The notes beneath the pieces were generated by a model. That model was not told where the DNA came from and made no database searches. It saw only the letters and a program-made list of their open reading frames with translations. A DNA stretch of 64,000 nt from a virus (lineage: Duplodnaviria; Caudoviricetes). The position numbers were made by a program, and so were the translations under genes. Position 1 is the first letter of the stretch. Every line of letters begins with the position of its first letter. The stretch spans positions 32,001 through 96,000 of the IMG/VR virus record IMGVR_UViG_3300026549_000030, one strand, 5' to 3'. Below are positions 49,911 through 59,100 of the stretch, piece after piece.

Positions 49911-50459
49911 CTATTCAAATTTATACTTGTTCCAATCTATACTATCCTTCTTGTTCCATCCTTCTTGGAGACAAGTTGTTATATATCCAAGGCATTTATA
50001 GTAGAAATCCGTGAATTCTGCCATATCCGTAAAATCATGGTATTGAGGATTGCTCATTTCGCCGAATTTTAGACGGAACGGCAATGATGCGCCGTTCGTT
50101 TGATATGCCAAATCATATGCCGCTTTATAATTAAACTGGTTTTCTGCTGATAGATATACATTGATGCTTTCCCCACTTGCAGAAGTCCATGCGAACCCTG
50201 TCAAAATTTTGTTGTCTGTTTCGCTATTTAAGTATTCAAGTATCATGGCTTCAATCTCATGCAATTCAGGTTTTATTTTGAATGTTTCCTGCATCCATGA
50301 TGCGAACACTTCATCTTCCTCGTATTGTCCTGTTGGGTTTCCTTCGCTATCAAATATCTCTTTCATGATTGGTTGATAGTCCCATTCTACAACATATAGT
50401 TTGTTGTTGTAGTTCGAGGTTTCTTTATAGTCCTCTTTTTTTCCTACGTTCCTAAACAT
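49911..50459 (-). CDS. DUF4376-like Bacteroidales phage protein, 182 aa
   Basis: LSAENQFNYKAAYDLA.QT.G..LPF..KFG..EGW.KKDSIDW; overlaps the RT stop by 8 bp. Confidence 0.6.
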   Translation of the reverse strand: MFRNVGKKEDYKETSNYNNKLYVVEWDYQPIMKEIFDSEGNPTGQYEEDEVFASWMQETFKIKPELHEIEAMILEYLNSETDNKILTGFAWTSASGESINVYLSAENQFNYKAAYDLAYQTNGASLPFRLKFGEMSNPQYHDFTDMAEFTDFYYKCLGYITTCLQEGWNKKDSIDWNKYKFE

Positions 50460-51663
50460 TGCTTATACATTTATCCTTTAAAACAACTGCCTTTCTGTAG
50501 TTTGGAAGAAAATGAAAATATTCCCTTATTGTTTCTTTTTCGAACGTTTTGTTCATTATTTTCCAACATTTAAACTTTCCAAGATAGCCACAATATGAAT
50601 TGATGGTATTTCTATATCGTTTAATATCTACTTTTGACACATTTCCTTTATAAATATCCAATTCAATTAATTTTATCTTCTTTTTGAAAGATTTTATTGC
50701 TCTGTTCGACGGATATCTTCTATATGGCTTAATACATGCGCCAAGAAATTTGAAATTCTGTGTCAGTTTGAATACATGTGTCTTCTTCATATTTAATTTT
50801 AAACCGAGTTCTTTGCTAAGGAAATCAGATATAATTTTAATAAGCGAATTCAGATATTCTTTGTCAGTATGAAGAATGAACGCATCGTCCACGTATCTTC
50901 CGTAATGCTTGATTTTCAACACGCGTTTTATGTATTGATCCAGTACATTAAGGTAGATGTTACTAAACATTTGGCTCATTAAATCTCCAATTATTAGGCC
51001 GATTCCGTCAGGTGTATAAAACAATGATTTTTCCTTTGGAAGATTATCCCAACGGTGGCGACTGCCAATTATCTTACAATTCTCAAGCGGCTGTCTTGTG
51101 AGAATGGTTTCGAGAAGATAATATATAAGATTGAAATCAATAACATCATCCAATAAGTTTCCGTTTATTGTTCTGTAACGGAATTTTTCAAGTTCGCTTT
51201 TAACAATGTTCAGAAAACGTGAACGGTTGATACTCATGAAATATCCCGATATATCAATCGTCAATCCGTATGCACTGAGAGTATAATTGTTGGTGACCGA
51301 ACGTATATGATGCTCAGCACGTTCTATTCCGAAAAGTGTTCCTTTATATTTACGGCAAGAATATGAATCGTATATGAACGTCCGTTCAAAAATCTGAGAA
51401 ATTTGGTTAAATATGAAATGGCTAACAACTCTGTCCCTAAACGCAGGGGCGAAAATTTCGCGTTTTACTGGCTCTTCAATTATAAAACAAACAAGGGGAG
51501 AAGGTTTGTAAATTCTTTTCAGAAGTTCCTCTCGTAAATCCCATATATTGCTTTCAAGGTTTAATTCAAATTGAAGTTGAGATGGATTGTTCCGTTCGTT
51601 TTTGCGGGCAGCAAGGTATGCTTTCATAAGTGCGTCATATAACGCATCTCTTTCTATTGTCAT
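50452..51663 (-). CDS. DGR reverse transcriptase, 403 aa
   Basis: EPVKREIFAPAFRDRVV, FIYDSYSCR..KGT, DISGYF.SI, GLIIGDLMSQ (DGR-type IGxxxSQ), YGRYVDD, FLG. Confidence 0.95.
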   Translation of the reverse strand: MTIERDALYDALMKAYLAARKNERNNPSQLQFELNLESNIWDLREELLKRIYKPSPLVCFIIEEPVKREIFAPAFRDRVVSHFIFNQISQIFERTFIYDSYSCRKYKGTLFGIERAEHHIRSVTNNYTLSAYGLTIDISGYFMSINRSRFLNIVKSELEKFRYRTINGNLLDDVIDFNLIYYLLETILTRQPLENCKIIGSRHRWDNLPKEKSLFYTPDGIGLIIGDLMSQMFSNIYLNVLDQYIKRVLKIKHYGRYVDDAFILHTDKEYLNSLIKIISDFLSKELGLKLNMKKTHVFKLTQNFKFLGACIKPYRRYPSNRAIKSFKKKIKLIELDIYKGNVSKVDIKRYRNTINSYCGYLGKFKCWKIMNKTFEKETIREYFHFLPNYRKAVVLKDKCISNV

Positions 51664-51694
51664 AACGGTATTGTGTGCAGGTATTAAGTGCTGA

Positions 51695-51880
51695 GGGCGG
51701 GCAACTGGGCGAACCGAGAAGCCGTTTGCACGGTTGTTGTTGTTCTGCGGGTTAACATCTTCTGAATTGAAGTTGAGGTTATACGCGTTGTTCTGCGAGT
51801 TCGAAGACGCGAGCCAATAGTTGCCGTTACTTCCTATGCCGTTTATGCCACCGCTTCCGTTGTTGCGGTTCCCTGCGGCT
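51695..51880 (-). repeat. DGR template repeat (TR), 186 bp
   Basis: Aligns without gaps to 52581-52766 with 12 mismatches, all at TR adenines on the coding strand; 18 AAY codons in frame. Confidence 0.97.
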
Positions 51881-52061
51881 GTCGGTTTTATGAACAGTCA
51901 CTCACTGAATGTGGAAATGAACAAATATGAGCAAATCCGCAGACTTCATTTTCAACCTAATGAAAACTTCTTAATAACTTGCCAATGGCAAGCGGACTGT
52001 TTGAACTTAATCGCACGCTCCAATAGACGTGACTATATGGATTCAGGCTATGTCCTGCACA

Positions 52062-52406
52062 CTAACCGCTATGTTTCTTATTCCATCCTTTTAATTGTCT
52101 TAATACTGCCTCGGAGTTATCTGATAAACGCGAAAACCCCTTTTCCGTCAGAAGGTGTAATTCATAAAGATTTCTGAATGTTATTTGTATCCGTTCCATT
52201 TTTTCAATGGCTGGCTTAAGGAAATCGGACTTAATTTCCGCATCGTTGGCAAATGCAATGGATGTCATTATCCCTTCAATTGTTTTCATAATAGGAAGCA
52301 CGTGCACATACCTATCATCACGCGGCATTTTACCCGTGTTCGTTTTCAAACTCTCGTAGAGTTTACGCGAAGCATCATATACATTCAGGCAATAGTACTT
52401 TCCCAT
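52062..52406 (-). CDS. avd: Avd-like accessory four-helix-bundle protein, 114 aa
   Basis: L.VY..KMPRDDRY..RQLKGW; located between target and TR. Confidence 0.88.
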   Translation of the reverse strand: MGKYYCLNVYDASRKLYESLKTNTGKMPRDDRYVHVLPIMKTIEGIMTSIAFANDAEIKSDFLKPAIEKMERIQITFRNLYELHLLTEKGFSRLSDNSEAVLRQLKGWNKKHSG

Positions 52407-52540
52407 TCTGATATCCTTATTTTCAAGTCATTTATAAACGTAACACAGTCAGAAGGTGAAGAGTTAAGAACGTCAAAACTCTTTACAAGCGAAATTATGT
52501 AATCTTTTTCATTATCTTTCATAAATCAAATGATGGCTAG

Positions 52541-52568
52541 GCCGCCCTCGCCAAGACGCTCGGGCGGC
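52541..52568 (-). promoter_or_regulatory. GC-rich hairpin/cruciform downstream of VR/IMH
   Basis: GCCGCCC..GGGCGGC 7-bp stem starting 2 nt after the target stop codon; absent beside TR. Confidence 0.8.
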
Positions 52569-52570
52569 GA

Positions 52571-54070
52571 TTAAGTCTGGGGGCGGGCAACTGGGCGAAC
52601 CGAGAAGCCGTAGGCACGGCTGTTGTTGTACTGCGGGCTAACACCTTCTGAATTGAAGTAGAGGTAATACGCGTTGTTCTGCGAGCTCGAAGACGCGAGC
52701 CAATAGTTGCCGTTACTTCCTATGCCGTTCATGCCACCGCTTCCGCTGTAGCGGTTCCCTGCGGCTTGGAAAAAGTTCCCATCCCAAGTCCAACCGTTGT
52801 CCCAAGTACCGCCATTGCTTGTTGAAAAACCAAGGAATGCGTTACCGCAGGGAATATTGAATCCTACAGGGCATGGGTCATAAACTGTTTTAACAATATT
52901 CTTATCAGAATTGCCAGTTGAAATCTGCGAAGCGTCCCAATAATTGTAAAAGTCGACAGGCGTGTCTCCGTTTTGCCACCAATTGTAATGTGTGTCTTCA
53001 TATGTGTTGAACACGTTTGGGTTTTGAATTGTTGCAGCAAGAGAGCTTGCAGTTGAAGTGATATTAAAAGAACCAACCGCCGCAGATGCTGAATTACGGA
53101 GCATAGGGTCTTTACGTCCCCACTGATAGTAAGGCGAAGTACCCTTTTTACTATCGGCGGCGTCCTTCACCCATCCTAGGCTAACGTCAAGGAAGTTATA
53201 TGTCTTGCTGTTTGTGTTAGTATGGGCAAACGTTGACAGCTCGAACGGATACGACCATATATGCCAACTCCACATAATCTGCCCGTTACCGTCTTTGATT
53301 GCTATCGTTGCATTTCCGCCAAGAGAAGGAATGGATGACACATGGAATCGTAAATACTTACAAAGTTCCCTATTTGTCAAATAAATGTCGTCTATGATGA
53401 AGTCAGATGTGTCTATGAGGACGGATTGCCCCGATACGGCATCGATACCCGTATCTTCTTCTATAAATGGGATTGTGATTTGTTCATTTAGATAATTGTA
53501 GAATGGGCTTGTATATGTGCCTGTTGCTTGAGTATATGCTGATGCGTTTGTTTCCCCGTTCATAATGGCGCAACCATATACGAGAGGAAATTCGTAATAT
53601 CCTTCATGTGATATAACGTAACAGTTTGCGGTTTCTCGTAACGAAACCGTGCCACCCGTTATATCCAACATGGATAAATCGGTATACGTCGCTGAATCGT
53701 ATGATACAGTAAGACGACGTGTACTGTTTTTCTTTGATATATATGAAACGGTATCTGGCGTATAATATCCACCAACTGTACTAAACGATACTGTATATTG
53801 CTCAAACATGGGTACAATAAACAATAGCGTCGTTCCGTTCCATTCCTTTGATTCTATATTACCATTCACGGTAACGGAAACTATTGCGCCGATAATATCC
53901 TGCGAAACAGGACATGTTAATGTAACATAGAGATTTTCATCGGCCATGCCGATGTTTGTTAGAACCGTTTGCTTCTCTTCCTTTGTAAGCGTTTGCTCGG
54001 ATGCATACGATACAAATTTCGCTTCATTTAACTCGGTTTGAGTAATGTATTTATTTTGATTATCAGCCAT
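52571..54070 (-). CDS. DGR target protein: fibre-like N-terminus, Ig-like domain and Bacteroidetes fimbrial-type C-terminal CLec-fold domain, 499 aa
   Basis: EQTLTKEEKQTVLTNIG; TANCY, WSWHIW, YYQWGRKDP, VYDPCPVG, GNYW.AS, GFSVRPV; carries the VR. Confidence 0.88.
   Translation of the reverse strand: MADNQNKYITQTELNEAKFVSYASEQTLTKEEKQTVLTNIGMADENLYVTLTCPVSQDIIGAIVSVTVNGNIESKEWNGTTLLFIVPMFEQYTVSFSTVGGYYTPDTVSYISKKNSTRRLTVSYDSATYTDLSMLDITGGTVSLRETANCYVISHEGYYEFPLVYGCAIMNGETNASAYTQATGTYTSPFYNYLNEQITIPFIEEDTGIDAVSGQSVLIDTSDFIIDDIYLTNRELCKYLRFHVSSIPSLGGNATIAIKDGNGQIMWSWHIWSYPFELSTFAHTNTNSKTYNFLDVSLGWVKDAADSKKGTSPYYQWGRKDPMLRNSASAAVGSFNITSTASSLAATIQNPNVFNTYEDTHYNWWQNGDTPVDFYNYWDASQISTGNSDKNIVKTVYDPCPVGFNIPCGNAFLGFSTSNGGTWDNGWTWDGNFFQAAGNRYSGSGGMNGIGSNGNYWLASSSSQNNAYYLYFNSEGVSPQYNNSRAYGFSVRPVARPQT
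52581..52766 (-). repeat. DGR variable repeat (VR), 186 bp, at the 3' end of the target gene
   Basis: Encodes AAGNRYSGSGG..GFSVRPVARP; diverges from TR at IMH (CCCCAGACTTAA versus CCTCAGCACTTAAT). Confidence 0.97.
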
Positions 54071-54092
54071 ATTTTTCTATTTGCAATTTTTC

Positions 54093-54950
54093 TTATAGCC
54101 CCATTACCTTAGCAAGAGTCTGATTATACATAAAGTCGTCATCGTCAAGTGAATCCGATATCGCTTTCCAATCAGTTGCGCCTGCTACGTCATTGGCTGT
54201 AATCTGATACTGTCCCTGTTCCTTACCGTTATCGTCGTCCTCAGTAGAATAGTTGGAAGTTGCTTCCTTTTCTTTCCAGAATTCCTCAGGAGTAACGTTG
54301 AAAGGATAGGACTTTGCTGTCTGCATGCTGAGCTTTTCTACCTGTGTAGGGTTGCGTCTTTCATACTCAGCCTTCAAGTCTTCAATCTTTTGGTCGTTTG
54401 CACGAAGGAGTTCCTCGAAAGCGCCAAGTGCCTTCATAACCTTGTCAAACTTTCCTCCGATTTCTCCAACTTCCTTCTCGATATCCTCTTGCTTGTCGGT
54501 AAGCTCAGTTACGTCGAGAACCTCGTCGCCAGGCTGCTGCATATCAGCGCCAGCTGCGTCGAAATCAGCGTTAGAAATATCGCCACCCGGTGCGGGATCC
54601 TGTGGGTTGAATCCCTGAGGAGGCGCTGCAGGGGCTTCCTCTCCGCCTGCTGCCGCGTTAGGATCTGCGGGCATTCCGCCACCCATATCACCTCCTGCCA
54701 TTGCATTCGGGTCCATTGGCGCTCCGCCTGCTGCTGCATTAGGATCAGCTGGCATTCCGCCACCCATATCAGCGCCACCCATGTCTCCTCCCGGAGCCGG
54801 TGCTGCATTAGGATCCGCATTTGTGTCGTTCTCATCTTCCTCCACACTATTTGATAATAGAGTAGTTTCGTTGAGTCCTACACGTGCGTCATAATTAAAC
54901 AGACGCTGGAATTTATCCATTCCTTCCTTGAGTATCTTTTCCTTGTCCAT
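54093..54950 (-). CDS. Acidic low-complexity/coiled-coil protein (possible head scaffold or core protein)
   Basis: Likely start MDKEKILKEG at 54950; repeated DPNA..GG and DMGGGMPADPN; coiled coil RANDQKIEDLKAEYERRNP. Confidence 0.6.
   Translation of the reverse strand: MDKEKILKEGMDKFQRLFNYDARVGLNETTLLSNSVEEDENDTNADPNAAPAPGGDMGGADMGGGMPADPNAAAGGAPMDPNAMAGGDMGGGMPADPNAAAGGEEAPAAPPQGFNPQDPAPGGDISNADFDAAGADMQQPGDEVLDVTELTDKQEDIEKEVGEIGGKFDKVMKALGAFEELLRANDQKIEDLKAEYERRNPTQVEKLSMQTAKSYPFNVTPEEFWKEKEATSNYSTEDDDNGKEQGQYQITANDVAGATDWKAISDSLDDDDFMYNQTLAKVMGL
54650..54825 (-). repeat. Imperfect tandem repeats (DMGGGMPADPNAAAGG)
   Basis: ggcattccgccacccatatc occurs twice; DPNA occurs four times. Confidence 0.8.
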
Positions 54951-54951
54951 T

Positions 54952-55122
54952 TTAACCAAATAAGATTTGCCTATTGTCTTCTGTAAGAATAATCTTGTCG
55001 TCGTTCATCTTTTCGCGCTCGAGAAGTCCTGCATCTTTCTTGACACGCTTCACGTTCGCCGTTCCGAGACTGTCAATCAATGACTGAGCATTCTCGATTG
55101 AATTTGAATTAAGTGTGTTCAT
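54952..55122 (-). CDS. Small hypothetical protein, 56 aa (not in the ORF track)
   Basis: MNTLNSNSIENAQSLIDSLGTANVKRVKKDAGLLEREKMNDDKIILTEDNRQILFG*; fills the gap exactly, stop 1 nt before the next ATG. Confidence 0.8.
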   Translation of the reverse strand: MNTLNSNSIENAQSLIDSLGTANVKRVKKDAGLLEREKMNDDKIILTEDNRQILFG

Positions 55123-55133
55123 ATCTTTAATTT

Positions 55134-55358
55134 TTATTCTTCGTTATTTTTTACCTCTTCCTTTTCGGCGACTGTCTCCTCAACAGGAAGTGACGCCTTC
55201 TTAGCCTTGCCTTTCTTCGGAGCAGGCTCTTCTATCTTGGCCTCTTTCTTAACTTCCTTTTTCTCCTCTTTTACTACAGGCTCAGATACTTCAACCTTGA
55301 CGGCTGATTTAATTATCGGACGTCTTGATAAATTTGAACATTTCTTCGTAATAAACAT
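55134..55358 (-). CDS. Small Lys/Glu-rich protein, 74 aa
   Basis: First gene after the TATTTATA motif at 55407-55414. Confidence 0.7.
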   Translation of the reverse strand: MFITKKCSNLSRRPIIKSAVKVEVSEPVVKEEKKEVKKEAKIEEPAPKKGKAKKASLPVEETVAEKEEVKNNEE

Positions 55359-55434
55359 AATAATATAAAAGTTTAAATAAAGCGCACAGTTTACTATACA
55401 CCTTTATATAAATACCTTTATATTGTGAAAAAGA

Positions 55435-56043
55435 CTATTCTCCCTTCAGAAAATAGAGATAGGGAATGAGATACTGACAGTTTAGAATAGACAATCTAAG
55501 ACGCTGACTGATAAAATTATCGTCATAGATGATGATATTGTTCTTATTGTCTTTTATCTTATCGAGTACGGCGTTACCGTCCTTACCTGTATATTCAATA
55601 TCTTCGAGTGAAATTCCGAAAACAGTATCAGTTCTCGGAGCATACATATACAGGTGTCTTCCAATTATGTAGATAATCTTCCGCTTTCCTGTGTAAAGCC
55701 AATCTATGAATTTCTTTGTTCGATCAGCATCCTCTGTGAATATATTGTAATAGGAATATTTGACGGCACCCTTAAGTTTACCAATAATAATATCGTTAAA
55801 CGCGTCTATGTCAGCCTCGAAATCAATTCTTCGTTCGTTCTTTGCGAAAGTCCAATATACATTATCCTCTATCTTCTTATCAAGGACTTTTATCTTGTCC
55901 TTTCCAAAGATAGATTCAGCTTTCGTCTTACCAATAATGAGTGTCGGTTTTGAAGTATCTGCAGCATCGTACTCGGCTACGATTTGAACATAGTCGATAA
56001 CGGGAAGAGACTTACTCTTGGTTACTACTTTTCCTATATACAT
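55435..56043 (-). CDS. Hypothetical protein, about 202 aa
   Basis: Likely start MYIGKVV at 56043, preceded by TTG-N20-TATATTTG (56068-56098) and a small hairpin (56048-56068). Confidence 0.7.
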   Translation of the reverse strand: MYIGKVVTKSKSLPVIDYVQIVAEYDAADTSKPTLIIGKTKAESIFGKDKIKVLDKKIEDNVYWTFAKNERRIDFEADIDAFNDIIIGKLKGAVKYSYYNIFTEDADRTKKFIDWLYTGKRKIIYIIGRHLYMYAPRTDTVFGISLEDIEYTGKDGNAVLDKIKDNKNNIIIYDDNFISQRLRLSILNCQYLIPYLYFLKGE

Positions 56044-56100
56044 AAATGCTCGAGATATTATCCCGAGCAAATATACTGAAAAAATAATAGAGTTACAATT

Positions 56101-59100
56101 TTAACTAATGCTAAATGAAATAACCGCCTTCATACCAAGTTTATCCTTCACATTACAAAGGGAAACCATAACATTTGTTTTCTTATCCTCTTTATTCGAA
56201 GGTTTAACTATTGCATCGCTTAAACTCTTTTTTGATTTATCTTCTTTATCATAGTATGTAACTACCTCAGCCTTTATTTCGTCTTTATTTCCTGGGTTTT
56301 TAATTTTAGCCTTATAATATAATTTGCAATTATTATCAGATTTGTTCGGATTTTTCACAACTATATTTTGCCCATTTTCAACTATATCTCCATCTGTAGC
56401 CCACCCTTCTGTTGATATTCTGACTTCAATGTTTTCTGATATGTTAAACGATATAATAAGGTAATCACTTGGATAAATAATAGGCCCTTTGTATCTATAT
56501 AATAGATAGTGGCTTGTCTTAGAACCGCTTGAACCATTTGCGCATACTCCTGATACCTGCACTGAGTCTGATACAAAGTGTGTTCCGTCAAATATTGCTA
56601 TATGTCCATACTTTGCACCTGGCCTTGTTGAACAGCACACGTCACCTGGCTCAAATGGGCCCTTGAATTTCACTATTGACGCGTTGCTTGCAATTTCAAG
56701 TACCTTTTGGAAATCCCATCCATCCATCTTTGTTGCACACTCGTATCCGTTACATGTACCGATTTTGCTCGCCTGTTCTCCATTTGAAAATCCTGCCCTC
56801 ATTGCCTCTTTTGTGCACTGCGCACACGCTTTATTGTTCTGCGCGAAGTTAACATTTGTGTACGGGTATACAGTCTTACTAAGCCAAGGAACATAAATTC
56901 CGCTGTTGAATTTCTCGATAACCTTAGGAATGCTGAATTCCGGCAAATTCGGGTTTTTGGTAAGCGGGAACGTGGCAGAATCAGGCAATGAATTTCCATT
57001 TTCATCTCTTGCAGATGTCTTTGATTCTCCGATACCAACGGAGCCTCCCGATTCTGTATTTCTATTTGCTGCATCATTATTGATGCTTGATTCACCTCTT
57101 CTTATATTAGTTAACAGAGCTTCCACATCTATTACATTTGCGTTCATAGGTATCGCATTTTGTGACACGCGTATTCCGGTGAATGAAGTAGACATTGAAC
57201 CGTTTTCTATATGATGCTTAACTCCATATATTATATAAGCGCCATTGAACAATGGTATGTTGTTCAATTGGAAATACATAAGCGGCATTATATTAGCACA
57301 GCCCATCATGTCTACGCTGCACTCGTAACTTCTGTTAGAATATATTGAATACAAATCCTGTCCAACGGTTGTTGGGGCTAATACTGAATCGCCCTTTCTC
57401 TCATTATCCGCTAATATAAATGCGTTTGCGATTGACACATCCGTTTCTCTTGGATTTGCCATATTAACATTTATATTCTTAAAATACAGCTGGTTTTGCT
57501 TACCGAATGTTACGCCAAATGCAGGGATGTTATAATTCTCACCCGGCTTCTTTGCCTCATTCAGTGTAACTAGCTGCGGTTCTATGAATGAAAGCTGGTC
57601 CTTTTTATATTCAGTTGTATTCTCATTTCTCTTGCTCTCAGAGAAATGCGAAGGCTGGTGTGTATACATAAGTACATATGTATTTCCTATACCCCTCGCG
57701 TTATCCCATCCCATCTCATAACCGTTATTTCCATAAGGAGTTTGTGGCGTAAATATACTTGCAATGCTCTTAGCGTCATACATGTTACTGAACACGGGAA
57801 GCGCTACGAATAGGAGTTTGCTCTTTTCTGCAATATCTGAGATAAACTGTATTACACTCCTACTCCCCATATCAGCAATCATATTTGATACAATATATGG
57901 GCTAACCAGTAATTTACTTCCAATGTCATTATAGAAAGTGTCTACATACATAAAGCATTGTACTTCACTTACTTTAGTTCCACTAATTGACTGCCCATCG
58001 TTCTTTTTATATGCTATTTCTGAGTCTGCCTCAGGTGTATTAAGCTTAAACCTATCTCTATTATAGCATGATAGCCACTTATCGTAAAGGTTCTTTAGGG
58101 TATAATAAAGTTGCTCTTTCGCTTCTACCTTTGCATGCCCACTTTCTTTCGCATTTGCTGTTGCATCTGTATTTCCCTCGCTTGCAGTATCCTCTACGTT
58201 ATTGGAATTTTTCGCCCCATTTATTCTTTCTAATAACAGTTTAAAGAATGCCGTAATGTTTTTGAAAGGCGGTTTAATACTATCGTTTGCGTCATTAACA
58301 TTGAGAATCGTTACCATACTCGACGCTAAATCAACTATCTTCTTTGTATACTCATTATACTCAGTCTGATTTGCCGCGAGCCTGTTTGTTGCACATTGAG
58401 GTATCTTTAACTCACCTTCCGTGTCTTTTCCTTTCTTTTTCTTTGAGAAATCTTTATATCTCGTATTGAAAGTAAATTCTGTCTTATACGATTCGTTTGA
58501 TAATTTCCTATAATAATGCACGCCTTCTTCAGAAACCCACTTTCTATAAAAAGACGCAAGTCCGCCATTCTTATCACGTTCTTTAAGTTCGGCAACTGTA
58601 AACCCGTTCGAATCTTTTTTTATCCACTTACTGCTGTCTATCTCAAAGTATCCTTCATTATTTACAATAAACGTAGCATCATCGCCGCCGTTTGATACTC
58701 TTTCTCCAATATGAAGTGCAAATACCTTTGGGATTCTTCTGATTGAGCTATTATTCTTTGCAAATCTGTATATGTTATTTGTTCCTAAGAACGAGGCCAG
58801 GAACGTTGAATTATTTATTAAACTATTAAACGGAGTATCTTTTTCTTTTTCTGAAAAATAATCGTGTGGAAAATATGAACTATCGTAAAATTGAAGGATA
58901 GGGAACATATATTGCCCGTGCTCACTATTCTCAATAGCAGCGTTCTCTGTCCATTCTTTTCTTACGTCGTTTATATTTTTTTGCTTGCATATATTATCTT
59001 TATCGAAAGAATCCTCTCGATAGATATTACTTAAGAAGTATTTATCAACTTTATAGTCCCACTTACTAGAATAATCATATGTAAGTGGTCTTGTCGCCAT

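Larger units (their letters stand above)
50452..54070 (-). mobile_element. Diversity-generating retroelement (target-VR-IMH-hairpin-avd-TR-RT)
   Basis: All canonical parts are present and co-oriented; TR/VR mismatches are adenine-specific. Confidence 0.97.

Noticed and set aside
50452-51663. RT as a group II intron, retron or abortive-infection RT
   Set aside because: No maturase/endonuclease extension or retron VTG motif; the IGxxxSQ motif, avd and TR/VR pair identify a DGR
51821-52177. 118-aa plus-strand ORF over TR/avd
   Set aside because: Antisense to DGR parts, with no protein-like features
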